Position numbers and translations under genes: made by a program. The notes beneath the pieces were generated by a model. That model had not been told where the DNA came from, made no database searches, and worked only from the letters and a program-made list of their open reading frames with translations. This document shows positions 26,073 to 39,406 of a stretch of 64,000 nucleotides of DNA, one piece after another; position 1 is the stretch's first letter, and each line of letters starts with the position of its first letter. This DNA is from the human T2T-CHM13v2.0 reference genome, Homo sapiens: the NCBI RefSeq assembly GCF_009914755.1, contig NC_060937.1; one strand, written 5' to 3'.

Positions 26073-28108
26073 AACAGTCTAGAGTAAAAATGTCAGCTGC
26101 TGTTCTAGCTTAGTCCCAACCAGGGGTCAAAGCTAATAACCTGAAACACTCTCTTGTGGACCCTCTGCAATGGGCTGGGCCTAACAGGTCCGCCAATACA
26201 CAAATTTGGAACACTTTCCTTTAAGCAAGTCAAAGGGAAGGGAATTGTCCAACCAATCAGTGACTGAGTTTGTTCCACCACCCTGTAGAAAGGAAAATGG
26301 AATTCGATGTGCTCTTTCGACATCTTTGGAACTCTGCAGTCAGGACTTTCCCCATGGGAGGTGAGCTCCCCGTGACAAATGAGGGAGCTGCCCTCTCTCC
26401 CACTGAGATGAGTCATTGTAACCCAAAACAATCTCAAAATCTTTGACATCACTGCCGCTTGCAAATCTGTGTCTCCAGCCAAGGGCCGGTGGATGCTACT
26501 GCCTGCCACCTCGTGTTCACCACCAGAACTGCACGTCACTCCGAATCTGCTGACCTCATACCCTGGCATAGAAACAGTAAAAAGACCAAACAAAAACGTG
26601 TCTTTTTTGGACCCAAGGTTGAAATCTGATTTTAAAACAGAGACATTCAGTAAGCATTAAACATCTTCCTTTTATAGCTTTCTCACAGACCTACATTGAC
26701 AAACTCACCCCTTCCCTCCATAACCTTTACGCCCCTGAGTCACAGTAGTTGCCCTGAATTGCTTACGCAGGTCTGGCTTATCACCGACAGTTGTCCTCAA
26801 AACACTTGGTTCAAATGTTACCAGAACTAAATTTGGAGGAGGGAGTCCTGGCATTCCAGAGCCCTTGCCTCATTTTCTAGCGCGATCCCAGCAGATGGTC
26901 TGATGTATCTCATCAGATGCTGAGCGCGGGCCTCACTGGCCCAGCCCTCCTTTCCACAAGTCTGGTGGTCTCCTTTTTTATGACTCCACTTGAGAGGCCT
27001 GGAAAACATTCTCCCTGATAATGCAGGTGATAAAACCAGATCATCTGGTGGAACGAACAATCAGAAATTCCACTGGGCGGGCACAGGGCTTGGAGAAGAG
27101 TTGAGATTGCGGATGATGTTTTCCGGTAGATGAAGGTGACTGAAGGAATTGAATGGAGGGTGGAGGGGACTAAAGGAGAGGGTGAAGTCCTCCACAGCAT
27201 GACCCACTGCTGCTCGGCATCAGAAATTGGGAAGTCATTATAATGGTCAGAAACGTGGTCTAAAAATAGAAGATTCCATGTGGGAAGAACATGAATTTCG
27301 GAGCCAGGCAGAGGGGGTAAATAGCAGTGCCATAACGCATGTGTTTAACAGACAGCACATGGAGTGTGTTCTGTGTGTCAAATCCTGCAAGAGATGCCGG
27401 GGACAGAGTGTGAATGAGGCATGGTCCCTACCTCCAAGGGCCTCGCGGTCTCACGTGAAATGTGGGTACAGAGATGTAGTATGGCAGTGCCCTGCAGTGT
27501 GCCATGGGGAAGAAGCCCCGGCCGCCTCCTCCAGTTGTGAGGAGGGGAAGATGCCCCCAGAGAGCCCATGCTTGAGTCACATCCTCTAGTGACCCTGAGA
27601 GCCTCAGGCAGCGAGGGCTGCGTGTGCCATGGCCCTGAGGTTCCAGAGAAACTGGCCCAACCGCTAGGCACTCAGTTAGACTGGAGAGTGCAGTGCACTG
27701 TGCCAGCGTGGGAAGGGGTGTGCCAGGGCAGTGGGGGACAAAAAAACGCAAAGGCTATGGCGGGGTGGCTCGCAGAGCCTGCAGAGCTGACACAGTGGCT
27801 TGGGGGCAAGGCAGACAGGTCTCTCAGAGGCCCCCTTACCTTTGCTTCACAAATGAGACATGAGCCAGCAGTGCTTGGCGGTGGTGAGCAGCCGGGACTG
27901 TGATGTGGGACCCTCAGCATGTGGGACCCTCAGGGCTTGGGGAATGGTATTGCTGCATGCAGAGCACCACTGGGTCCAGGTGCTGTGGGTGAGAGGCTCA
28001 TCTCTCTGGGCTGCCCCCTCACCTGTCTACGTGAGAATTAGACACACTCCATGGCTCCCAAACCTGCCTGTGAATCTTAAGTGCTTGGGGGCCTTGCTGA
28101 AAACATCA

Positions 28109-28433
<325 letters not shown>

Positions 28434-29063
28434 ATATATAAATTCTTCCCAGGCTCCTTCCCTTGACTCCCAAACTGCTAGACCAGAAAATTCACAAGGT
28501 CTGAGACTCCCCGTTGTTGGTACTTTGGCGGCCAGCCCAGGCCAGTCCTGGGACAGGGACCACTTCAGAACGATCACCCGGAACCCTGTTAAAATCCAGG
28601 ACAGGAGAGGGCCCAAGTGCCCTGCCTGATTGCTAATGAGCCCCCAGGTGACTCTCACGCTGCCGACCCCCCCGATCTCTCTCAGATGCCCCAGATGCTC
28701 TCTGAGGTCCCTTCCAAGTCCAACATCTTATGAAGCCTTTGGGAAAATAATCAGTTACCAATGGCAAAAAGCAGAGATGTAAATGTGAAAAGTGATATTA
28801 TATTGGTCTAATTTCAAATGGCTATCACTGTCTATAATCTGTAAGACTCTTGCTAGGGAATGAGGCTTGTGTTTGCGTATTAAGCAAGACAAAGGTTGTT
28901 TTTGTATCATAATGTATGAGAAGGAAATATTCTTTTATCCAAAATAAAATGAATCCATACTCTAGGTAAGAACTTTGGAGCCGTGTTTCTCTTTAGTTTC
29001 TGTATGGTAGAATTTTTTTTGTTAATTATCTTTTTCCCCTGTCTTTCTGTAGCAGCAGCACTC

Positions 29064-29390
29064 TGGGGGAATCTCAGATGCATTGTGCTAAGTGAAAGGA
29101 GCCAGGCTCAAGACTCCACACTGCGTGGTTCTATTTCTGTGAGTGTCTAGAAAAGGCAAACTACATGGAGGGAGAAACATGAGGGTTGGACCGAGGTTTG
29201 GAGAAGGGAGCATTTGATAACAAAGGGGCAACACCCAGAATGTTGGGTGATATGGAGCTTTGCTGTCTCTTGCTGATAGTGGTGGTTACACAACTCTGTT
29301 ATTTGTTGTGTCTGTTAATGACACACCAAATAACACACCAAAAAAAGTGAATTTTATTGTATGTAAATTAAAAGATAAAATTTTTTTAAA
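29064..29390 (+). mobile_element. Old L1 (L1ME/L1MD-like) 3' UTR fragment
   Basis: AATCTCAGATGCATTGTGCTAAGTGAAAGGAGCCAG...TCTAGAAAAGGCAAACTA...GAATTTTATTGTATGTAAATT is typical of L1M 3' ends. Confidence 0.7.
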
Positions 29391-30916
29391 GGAGTAAGAA
29401 AATGAAGTCAAAATAAAATTAACAGTTAACTAGGCAGTAGCCAAAGGAGGAGAAGGACAATGGTGGTTATCAAGCATTTTGTAACAACAGAAAAGGTGGA
29501 GTTCTATTTAAAGCATGTCCTATTCAGGAACATTTCAAATAAAGATAAGAGGGGAAAAAAGCTGTGCATCACAGCCAGTTCAAACCCCCTCCCCATGCCC
29601 ACTGCCCCACTTTTGGCTCGTAACCTTTTTTCTTACTTGGCCAATGTGGTGTGTGTTTGTATTACCGTAGCGGAACCAACTCAATATAATGCTAACTTAA
29701 AGAATTTTTTTTTCTCTCATATATATAGACCGCTTTTCAGTCTAAATGCAAAATAGATATAACTCTTGGTCCTGTCCCTGGGCTGTGCCACAGATCCTGA
29801 GCAGTCACCCTGGAAGACAGGCGGCCTGCTTGCTCAACTCACCGGGAGCCCGCCTTTGGAAGGCCACCCACACGCCTTTCCTCTCTGCTTCCACCTGGGG
29901 CAGACTCTGCAGGGCTGTTAGCTGCTTACTACCTGCAGAGGCCCCATGGGGTAATGACAGTCACATGGCACAATGGGAACACACCATCTCAGCCATGAGT
30001 CATGCCATGCTCTTGGGTGTGAAGATGACCTAAGAATACCAGGAAAATATTGGCACGTGCCATTGGCACATGAAAATTAGTAACCTGCGCCTGTGAGTGA
30101 GGTCGTAAGTATAGACAATTAGCTCTTTTAATTGCCAATCATCGTGTGATCCTGGTAGCTCAGTAGTTGCCGCCTATGCTAATTGTCACTCTCTAACCGT
30201 GTAAGTGGAGGCCACCAGCACAGCATCCGTAACCTCTTCATGACATCCAGGCTGCATGAGGGTGATGCTCTGAGCATTGACACATTGCATGTCAGCAGTG
30301 CTAAATTAGAAAGAGCGTTTCATACCCATTCGCGGCCTGACAGCCAAAGCTCTCTGCATGCTGCCTGCAGCTCCAGAATCTGCTTCCTCCTGGCCCTTTC
30401 CTCAGGTGCAGTCTGGGCTCTCAGGGCCCTGAACTCATCCACAATCAGACTCCAAGTCTTCTTAGAGGACAAGCAGGCTTAGGAAATCACATCAGTCTAT
30501 TACACAATGATTCACATTTAGACAAATGAAATGCATTTATTGCTAAAAGCACAGAGGTAATAAAAGGCTTTCCCAGAAAATCAACTTTTCCAACACATGC
30601 CAGGCAAAATCATATCCAGAATATAAAAAGTTTGGGCTAAAAGCCATTGAGCACAACCACCCATGTGCTGCCTATTTTTAGAATAAGGAGCAGGGGTTTT
30701 CAGACACTGATACTATGGGTGGGGAAGAGGAGATCATCCACTTTTTCTCTGCTTTAAAATGTACATCTACCCCAGTCAAATCATTTCAGATAAAACTATA
30801 TAATAGCATCTTAGAATTATAGGTGGTACCTTCTGGGATTTGAAAATTTGTCTATAGAGATAAAGCATGACAGAAACCAGTGGCTTCCCAGACTTCGCCT
30901 TCACTCCTGAATCTAA

Positions 30917-31339
<423 letters not shown>

Positions 31340-31559
31340 CCTGGCAGACATTTTTAAAAAGCATTCGGCTAAATGTTTTTTTCCAAATGTCACTTTAAAG
31401 GTGTAGACTCTCCTTCCTTTTCGAACTGTTCTCTATCACATAAGCTCATTTGCAGGAAAACCTGGAAGGGACATAATCTCGGTCGCCGGGCAACATGCCT
31501 GTGATGTCACAGCTTGTCTTCTTCATCTTTGCCTTTACTCAGCTCCTCTTTTGTTTGTT

Positions 31560-32660
31560 TGTTTTTAGGTCAAGGTTATTGAGGCATAATTGACATGCAA
31601 GTCATTGAATATTGACAAATGTATACAGCGATAGAACCACCAGAATCATGCTATGGAGAAGGTCCATTACCCCAGAAACTTTCCTTGTGCCCTCTCAGTT
31701 AGTCCCTCCCCTCCACCTCCAGTCCTGGCAGCCACTCATCTGTTTTCTGTCTTTAGTTTCGCCTTTTCTAGAATGTCATAAAAATAGCATCAGACAGTAA
31801 GTAGCATTTTGTGTCTGGCTTCCTTCACATAGCAGAATGCCTTTGAGATTCAGCCTCAACTGCTGCACACATCGGGCATTTTGTTCATTTTTATTGCCGA
31901 ATAGCAATTCCAGGAGTGAGCTAATTTAATAAAACCAGGATGAACATTCTCATACAGGTCTCGGTGTGGATATAGGCCTTCGTTTCTCTTAGGTATATAC
32001 CTAGGAGTGGGATTGTTGGGTCCTGTGAACTTTAGAAGAAACTGCCAAACTGTCTTCCAAAGAGGCTGCACCCTTTTGCGTTCCTGCCGGCAGCCCATGG
32101 AATTCGAGGTGCCATCCTTCCCAGCTCTTGGCGTGGCCACCTTTTTCTGTGTATGTTCACCATTTGAGTCCATCACAGTTATATCTCTCTGTGGATTTAA
32201 TTTGCTTTTCCCTAATGACCACTGAAGTTTAGCATCTTTTCATGTGTACAACTTATTTGGTGCAGTGTCTGCTCAAATCTTTTGCCAAATTTTGCAGTTG
32301 GATTGTTCATATCTTTAGTATTGAGTTTTGAGAGTTCTTTATATGTTCCGGAAGAAGTTGTTTATCAGATATGTGTTTTGCAAATATGTCTCCCAGTCTG
32401 TCTCCTGCCTTTTTATTTTTAACTGTATCTTTTGACAATCAAACTTTTTAAATCTAGCTAACTTTTTCTTTTATAGGTTGTAATCTTTGTGTCTTATCTA
32501 AGAAAGCTTTGCCTAATCCAAAGTCACAAAGATTTTCCCCTGTGTTTTCTTCTAGAAGCGATACAGCTTTAGCTCTTACATTTAGGTCCATTTGGAGTAA
32601 ATGTCTGTATATCAAGTGACATAAAGGTGAAGGTGTGTTTCTTTACATGTGGATGTTACT
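31560..32660 (-). mobile_element. Old L1M fragment
   Basis: Antisense L1 hallmarks such as TATATACCTAGGAGTGGGATTGTTGGGTC, GAAACTGCCAAACTGTCTTCCAAAG and GCATCTTTTCATGTG. Confidence 0.8.
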
Positions 32661-34093
32661 TACTTTGTATTGACATTAGTGCTACAGTCTGCATCACATA
32701 ATTTTGGAGGGCAGAAATTCCAAGGGTCCATATAGTTCTACCTCATATAACTGAAATTCTTAATAAAGAATAGTACCCAGGGGTGGGACAAATGTTTTAT
32801 ATACTAAATAAGGAGACAGAGATAGAAAGTGTCCAACTTAACCTCAGCTCTGTGTTGCATGGAATAGGCTGCTGATAGTTATCTGTGTAATATACTGTAC
32901 AAATACTAGCCTTTACATTATTGTTACCTTGGAACATGCTACTAATTTCATCTTGCCAGGGTAGTCTAAAAATTGCTCAGAAATGCTAACTGACCATCCT
33001 CAAGATCAACGAATATTTCTAAATTTTGGCCGGTGGAATTATTTTTCTAGAGCCTAAAAAGTAGTCCTTTCCACCTTTTGGGACATTTTACGTATTTGAA
33101 ATGTGTGGCAAAGAGCTCACAGAAATTAACTAGGTCTTAGGTTGGAATCCCCGGAGGATCACCAGGAATTGCAGCCTTGGACAGGCCTTGAAGGTCTGGA
33201 ACACACTGCGGAAGGGAGGGAGGGTCCGCCCTGGGGAATGGAGAGGATATGGGCGTCTGCTGGGCGCCAGTGCCCATAAAAGGTGAGACAGGAAGAGTCC
33301 GCTTAGGAAGGAGAAGGGATTTCCTACTATTCAGATTTCGGCTGGTAAGTCGTGAAAAGCTCATTCTTATTCTACCAGTAAAATACTGTACTGTAGATTA
33401 AAAATCCTGATGTGTAGTGAAGCCAGTTTTATCCTGGGCAACACTGTTTTTATCCTTCTCTGATAAATGAAACTCTTTCTACTCCCTTACCCAGGGAATA
33501 TTTTAAGGTTAATGAACAATGAATGGAAACCACAGGGTTGTGTGATGTGGGGCCCTGATGCGTCATCCATCTGTCCACCTTTGTTTAAGTCTGAAGCTGT
33601 AGGGCTACACTGCGTGTGCCCGTATCTGATCATCTTTTGCCTCTTTTCTCAGAAGTGAAATTCCCCAATTGATGAATGCGGGAGTGTCGGGACCCTGAGC
33701 GCATTCTCTCCACGGTCGTGGTATTTGAGTAATGTGGGTTCAAGTCTGGATTTGTTGCCTTTTCAGACTGCAGCTTCCAAAACCAGCCCGGATGGCCCAT
33801 GTGCGCACCAGCCATGACTTCAGAGAGGGAAAACAATGGGCAGCCCCCGCGCCCCGTCCTCACGATAGTCAAAATGGAGTCTGTCTTGTAGATATCACTG
33901 AAGTATAAGGCCAAGACTGATTGAATTAGAGATAATATTTAACCCACATAAATACTCTTATGTTCCTCTGCATGACCCAGTAAGCCAGACCTTTCTACTG
34001 AGCCCCAACTCCATGCTTAAGAGGTTTTTCTTATTGAAAGTCACCTATCTCTTCCCTCAGGAATGCCAGGATGGGGGTTATGGTGGTCTCGTG

Positions 34094-34241
34094 CATTGGT
34101 TCTCAAACTGTTATGTACCAAGGAGTATCCTGGGGATCAGTTCAAATGCAGATTCAGGAGTTCTGGGGCCAGGCCTGAGACTCTGCATTTATAGCAAGCC
34201 CCCGGGTGACGCCGACACAGACCTCCCTTGGAGCAGTAAGG
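34094..34241. mobile_element. MER5A-like hAT DNA transposon remnant
   Basis: CATTGGTTCTCAAACT...AAATGCAGATTC...GGCCTGAGACTCTGCATTT...AAGCCCCCGGGTGA matches the MER5A pattern. Confidence 0.65.
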
Positions 34242-35137
34242 GCCTGGTGGAGTCAGCCAGCTCCCCAGATCTGAGTGCACCCCGGCCAGCCCTGACACTG
34301 GTCCCATCTGAGCCCCTGTCCTCTCTCCTCTCCACTGGAGTTCGTGTCACTACATGCAGTTGCCGTGGGGACAAAATGAGAGAAACCATATTTAAAACTT
34401 GTAACAACGCATCATCTCAAAAGATAGAAGCAGTTCAACGATACTGTTCATTATCCTGTTTCTTAGGAAGTAGTACCTCTACATGGTCTGGTGGTGGGAG
34501 CAGGGCGGGGGGCAGGGGACATGACATTACCACTCCTGTCCACAGCGTCTCCTGGCTTCTGAGAAGTACTTTGTGGAAATATTTTTCTCAAGGATGTTGG
34601 AGGAATATTAGGAGCTTTAGAAATTTAGGAGCTTTTGAGATTTATGCAAAGACATTTAAACTAGACTCTTTTCACTTTCTGGGAGTAATTTTTATTTTTA
34701 ATGTCACTTATCACAAAAGGAAAGAAAGAGATGAAAATAACTTTTCCTGTCGGGACTTTTTGACTGAGGATGGAAGTTGATAAGGACGATGATTAGCACA
34801 GAGGAAAACCCTTGGCATGTACCTGGTCCTCCCAGCTGCTCTTTATAGATGCACCACACTTCCTTAGTGGGCAGGAAATCCTGGGGAGAAGCTCCATCCT
34901 GATGACCAAAGCGTGGCCTCCTCGGGCCATGCTGTAAATGTCCATTTAATCCCAGCAAGGCAGGCTTTACATTGTGCACAGCGGAGAGGGATCCATCTGG
35001 GAGGACTAAGGTCTAACTCACATTCTGCCCAGGCTCTTCCTGGCCCTCTCTCAGCGGGGAAGCTGGATGGAATTCTGTGAAATGTTCCATCTCATCAGAA
35101 GCTCAGGATGGACTGTTTAGAAGTGATGCCATCTTGA

Positions 35138-35830
35138 CACTTACTAGAATGGCTATAGCCCAGAAAATGGAAAATCACAGGTATTGGTGAGGATACAGAG
35201 GAATTGGAACCTTTGTGCATTGCTGGTGGGAATGTAAAAGGGTGCAGTCAGTGTGGAAAAAGAAATTTAGCAATACCTCAAATATGTGATACTCGTGCAC
35301 ACATATTTACAGCAGCACTATTTAGCAATTCCACTCCTAGGAACACACCCAAAAGAATTCAGAACAGAGACTCAAGTAGTCACTCACACACACATATTCA
35401 CAGCAGCGCTATCCACAGTAGCCAAAAGGTAGAGACACCCCAGATGTCCATGAACAAATGAATGAACCCATTGTGGTCTATCCGTACAGTGGAATATTAT
35501 TCAGCCATCAGTGAATGAGGTAATGAACCCCAAAAACATGATCACTAAAAGAAGCCAGACACAAAAAGTCACACATCGTATGACTGATTCTATTTATTGG
35601 TAAATCCGTAGAGACAGAAAGCAGAGTGATGGTTGCCAGGGGCTGGGAGGAAAGGGAATGGGGAGTGATTGATTAATGGGTTTGGGGCTTCCTTTTGGGG
35701 TGAGGAAAATGTTTGGGAACTAGATAGAGGTGGTGGTCACACAACATGGTGAATGCACTGAAAGGCACCGAGTTGTATCCTTTAAAATGGTTAGCTTTAT
35801 GCTATGTGAATTTCACTTCAGTAAAAAGAA
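35138..35830 (+). mobile_element. L1MB-like 3' end fragment
   Basis: ACTAGAATGGCTAT...GGAATTGGAACC...GGAATATTATTCAGCCAT...GTAGAGACAGAAAGCAGA...TGTGAATTTCACTTCA is a typical L1MB 3' region. Confidence 0.85.
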
Positions 35831-37364
35831 AAGTTTACAGCATACTCCAGGAAAGGAAAGACTAGAGTTTTTCATTCCAAAGTCAGACTCCCTAACCAAG
35901 AAATAAAGATGAGAAAGGGGTTTACTGACAGTGAAAGGAAAATGAGTTCATGATGTGGTTAGCCACTTTCCCCCATCAAAGGGAATTGAGGAAGGGTTGA
36001 CGAATGCAGATAAGAATGTGGTTTTCATCAATAAGACGTGCATATTTCCATTTTGGTTAGTAGCAGATGTTCCCTTTGAGTTGACTGTATGAAATAATCC
36101 CCCTGGTCACTGCTGCTTGTTTGGTTGGCTAAAAAATAATAATAATCCCACTGGATAGATATGTAGTTTATGGGCAGTAAAGCGACAGTCCTGATAAGAA
36201 ACATTTTATCCCCCAGAAGACAGCCGGCAGACACTAACAAACCGCAGGCCTCAACATAGTGAGGGGAGCGTAGAGCTTCGTGGCATGGTATGTAATCTTA
36301 AGAAGGTTATAGTCTAGCATAGCCACAAACTAAACAAAATTGAGCACCACTGGGAAGGATCCACAAAAGTCGGAATCAAAACATAGTTTGTTCCCAAACT
36401 TAACAACAAATGTCGTGTAGGAAACCACTAAGCATTGGAGATAGAATGAGTCTGGGATATCGTGCGTCCAGGGCCAGGGCCACCCATCTTCCATGAGTCT
36501 CCTCGCCTAGGTAGAAACACAGTGGCAATAGCTTCTATTGTAGAATGTTCTCCAAAGACACTAAAGTGCACAAGCTTCACCACGACTTAGGAGGCCTGAG
36601 ATTAGGCTGCCCGAGGTGAGTACTGATGTGGCATTGACAGGACCCCTCTGGGACATGTGGAGGGCAGAGGAGAACCCACTGTCTCTAAAACTCTGACTTC
36701 GGTCCAGACCAGGTTACCCTGAGGGAGATTTCCCAGCTCCCCTTGGTTTGAGGGGACAGGGGTCCCAAGATTCGGGATACATCATCTTCCATCCACAGCC
36801 TTAATCTGCATGGATAGCTTCCACCCCAAAAAATCATCTTAACTACTTCCCGTGATGCCTGGGGCCTAACATCTCAAGGAATTGCCAGTTAGGAACAGTA
36901 ATGAATTTGGAGGTGAGATCTTCCCACACCCCTCCATGCTACTGCCTCAATGACATTAACACTGTACCCTGGGCTGCGTTTTTAAATTCCCATTTCACTT
37001 CAACTGTGTGGATTGCTGAGAATGGCATTATGAACATTCTGTGAAGACAGACACGTCTCAGCTGAACAGTTTACCTAGGAAGTTACCTAGAGGCAACAGA
37101 AGAAAAGCCTAGAAAAATGGCTCAAGTTCCCCCTCAATCTCAGGGCAAGACAGGAATTTGACATTTCACAGCAAATGGGGCTTGGCAAGTAAAGGTGCCG
37201 TGTGATGAATCAACAGCAGACTCATTCGTCTCAAGAGGAAATTAGGACATACGTTTTTTTAAGTTTGGGCTAGCCTGTGAAATGTTAAAATATAACTATA
37301 ATACAATAGTTAGTTCCAGCCATAGGAGAGATAGAACTTCCCCCCCCTCCTTTCTCATTTTTAA

Positions 37365-38312
37365 AACATTTTTATTGTGGTAAATTTATTTTTAATGTTT
37401 TTAATGTAACATTTTAAAATTTTTCTTGTATTAGAAATATGCATATGTCCTCGCTTATGAGTGGGAGCTGAACAATGTGAACACATGGACACAGGGAGGG
37501 AAACAACACACCCGGGGCCTGTGGGCGGGTCGGGGGGAGGGAGAGCATCAGGACAAATAGCAAATACGTGCTGGGCTTAACACCTAGGTGATGGGTTGAT
37601 ACTTTATTGTATTAAGTTCTAGGGTACTAATAAAATAAAATAAATGCATAACATCGAAATTACCTTTTGAGTCATATTGGCGTGTCTGATTCAGTGGCAT
37701 TAAGTTCTTTCACGTTGTTGTGCAACCTTCACCACCAATCCATCTCCAGAACTTTCTCATCTTCCCAAACCGAAGCTCTGTCCCCATGAAAACACTGCCT
37801 CCCCCTGTCCCTCTCTGCCCGGCCCCTGGCAGCCCTCATTCTACTGTCTGTCTCCATGGATTTGAGCGTGCTAGGGACTGCATATAAGGGGCCTCTATAC
37901 AGGAGTTGTCGTTTTGTGACTGGCTCATTTCACTCAGCACAGAGTCCTCAAGGTTCTTCCGTGTCACAGCCTAGGTGACTGCTTCCTTCCTCTTTAAAGG
38001 CTGAGTCCTATTCCATTGTGTGGGTGTCTACCCATTGTTGGACACTTGAGTGGTTTCCACCTTTTGGCTGTTGTGAATCACGCTGCCGTGCGTGTAAGTG
38101 TACCAAAGCTAGCCCCTGCTTTCTGTATGCCCAGAAGTGGAATCGCGGGATCCCGTAGTGATTCTCTTTTTTTAATGTGTTAAGGAGCCGCCAGAGTGTT
38201 TTCCAAAGCACCTGCACCATTTCACATGCCCATCAGCAGCGCACGGAGATTCTGATTTCTCCACATCCTCACCAATACTTATAACTTTTTTTAATAACAG
38301 CCATCCTATTTA
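37365..38312 (-). mobile_element. L1MB-like 3' fragment, antisense, interrupted by an L1PA piece
   Basis: TTTTATTGTGGTAAA...CAGTGGCATTAAG...CATCTCCAGAACTTTCTCATCTTCCCAAAC...TTCTCCACATCCTCACCAATACTT. Confidence 0.8.
37441..37644 (+). mobile_element. L1PA 3' UTR fragment nested in the L1MB, with an inverted terminus
   Basis: GTGGGAGCTGAACAATGTGAACACATGGACACAGGGAGGG...CCTAGGTGATGGGTTGAT is L1PA 3' UTR. 37601-37627 is the reverse complement of the L1 end. Confidence 0.85.
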
Positions 38313-38513
38313 GTGTGGACAAACATTTTTATATGTTTCAGAAGCCCTTTTTTTTCCCTCTATGTGAACAAAAGGAGAGATTAACCACTTAAACATCTGA
38401 GGGTCTTTTTGATATTTGAATGCAATACACATTTCCACAGTTACTGGATGCATTATATTGAGGAAAATAGAGATAAAATTGTAGAAATTCATTTGGAAAA
38501 TTTTTTATACTGA

Positions 38514-38857
<344 letters not shown>

Positions 38858-39142
38858 AATAAGTTAATTCTTTCATCCCAACCCAGTATTATCATTTCAC
38901 AATGACATGACTTTAGTAATTTAGGATAATTTTTTTCTCACATTCCATATTTTCTCTTCTTAAACTCTATGACTTCTTTTGTTAGCTATCATGGCAGTAG
39001 ACGATAGTTTACATATAATGTTCCCTGTAGATTATAGCTCTTTAAAAACAAAAAAAAAAATGTAGTTTTGAAAGTAACCGTAACTGATCATGAGTATGTA
39101 TTGTGATTAATCGTGGAAATTGAACCTTTGTTGTTCCCACAG

Positions 39143-39277
39143 GGTCAGCCTGGGCCAGTGGGCCCCCAGGGGTACAATGGGCCACCAGGATTACAAGGAT
39201 TCCCGGGACTGCAGGGACGTAAAGGAGACAAGGGTGAAAGGGGAGCCCCCGGAGTAACAGGACCCAAGGGCGACGTG
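39143..39277 (+). CDS. COL4A2: COL4A2 exon 5 (135 bp; [13 protein letters not shown]...GPKGDV)
   Basis: cccacag|GGT...GTG|gtacgc, Gly-X-Y frame, phase 0. Confidence 0.97.
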
Positions 39278-39361
39278 GTACGCACCGCTGGTGTATTCCC
39301 CTGGCCTCATGAGGGTGGCGGGTATCTCAGCCTTGGTTAATTGCATTTGCTTTCTTCATAG

Positions 39362-39406
39362 GGAGCAAGAGGCGTTTCTGGATTCCCTGGTGCCGATGGA
39401 ATTCCT
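39362..39406 (+). CDS. COL4A2: COL4A2 exon 6 (45 bp; GARGVSGFPGADGIP)
   Basis: ttcatag|GGA...CCT|gtaagt. Confidence 0.97.

Noticed and set aside
26888-26902. CTCF-like motif CCAGCAGATGGTC (similar near-match at about 41307)
   Set aside because: Mismatches fall at core positions, so it cannot be supported without ChIP data.
34013-34780. Longest ORF in the track (255 aa)
   Set aside because: It runs through a MER5A-like remnant, resembles no protein I recognise, and has no supporting gene structure. A chance ORF is most likely.
39113-39340. 75-aa collagen-like ORF as a standalone gene
   Set aside because: It is exon 5 plus intronic flanks. Retention of the 84-nt intron 5 hits an in-frame TAA.
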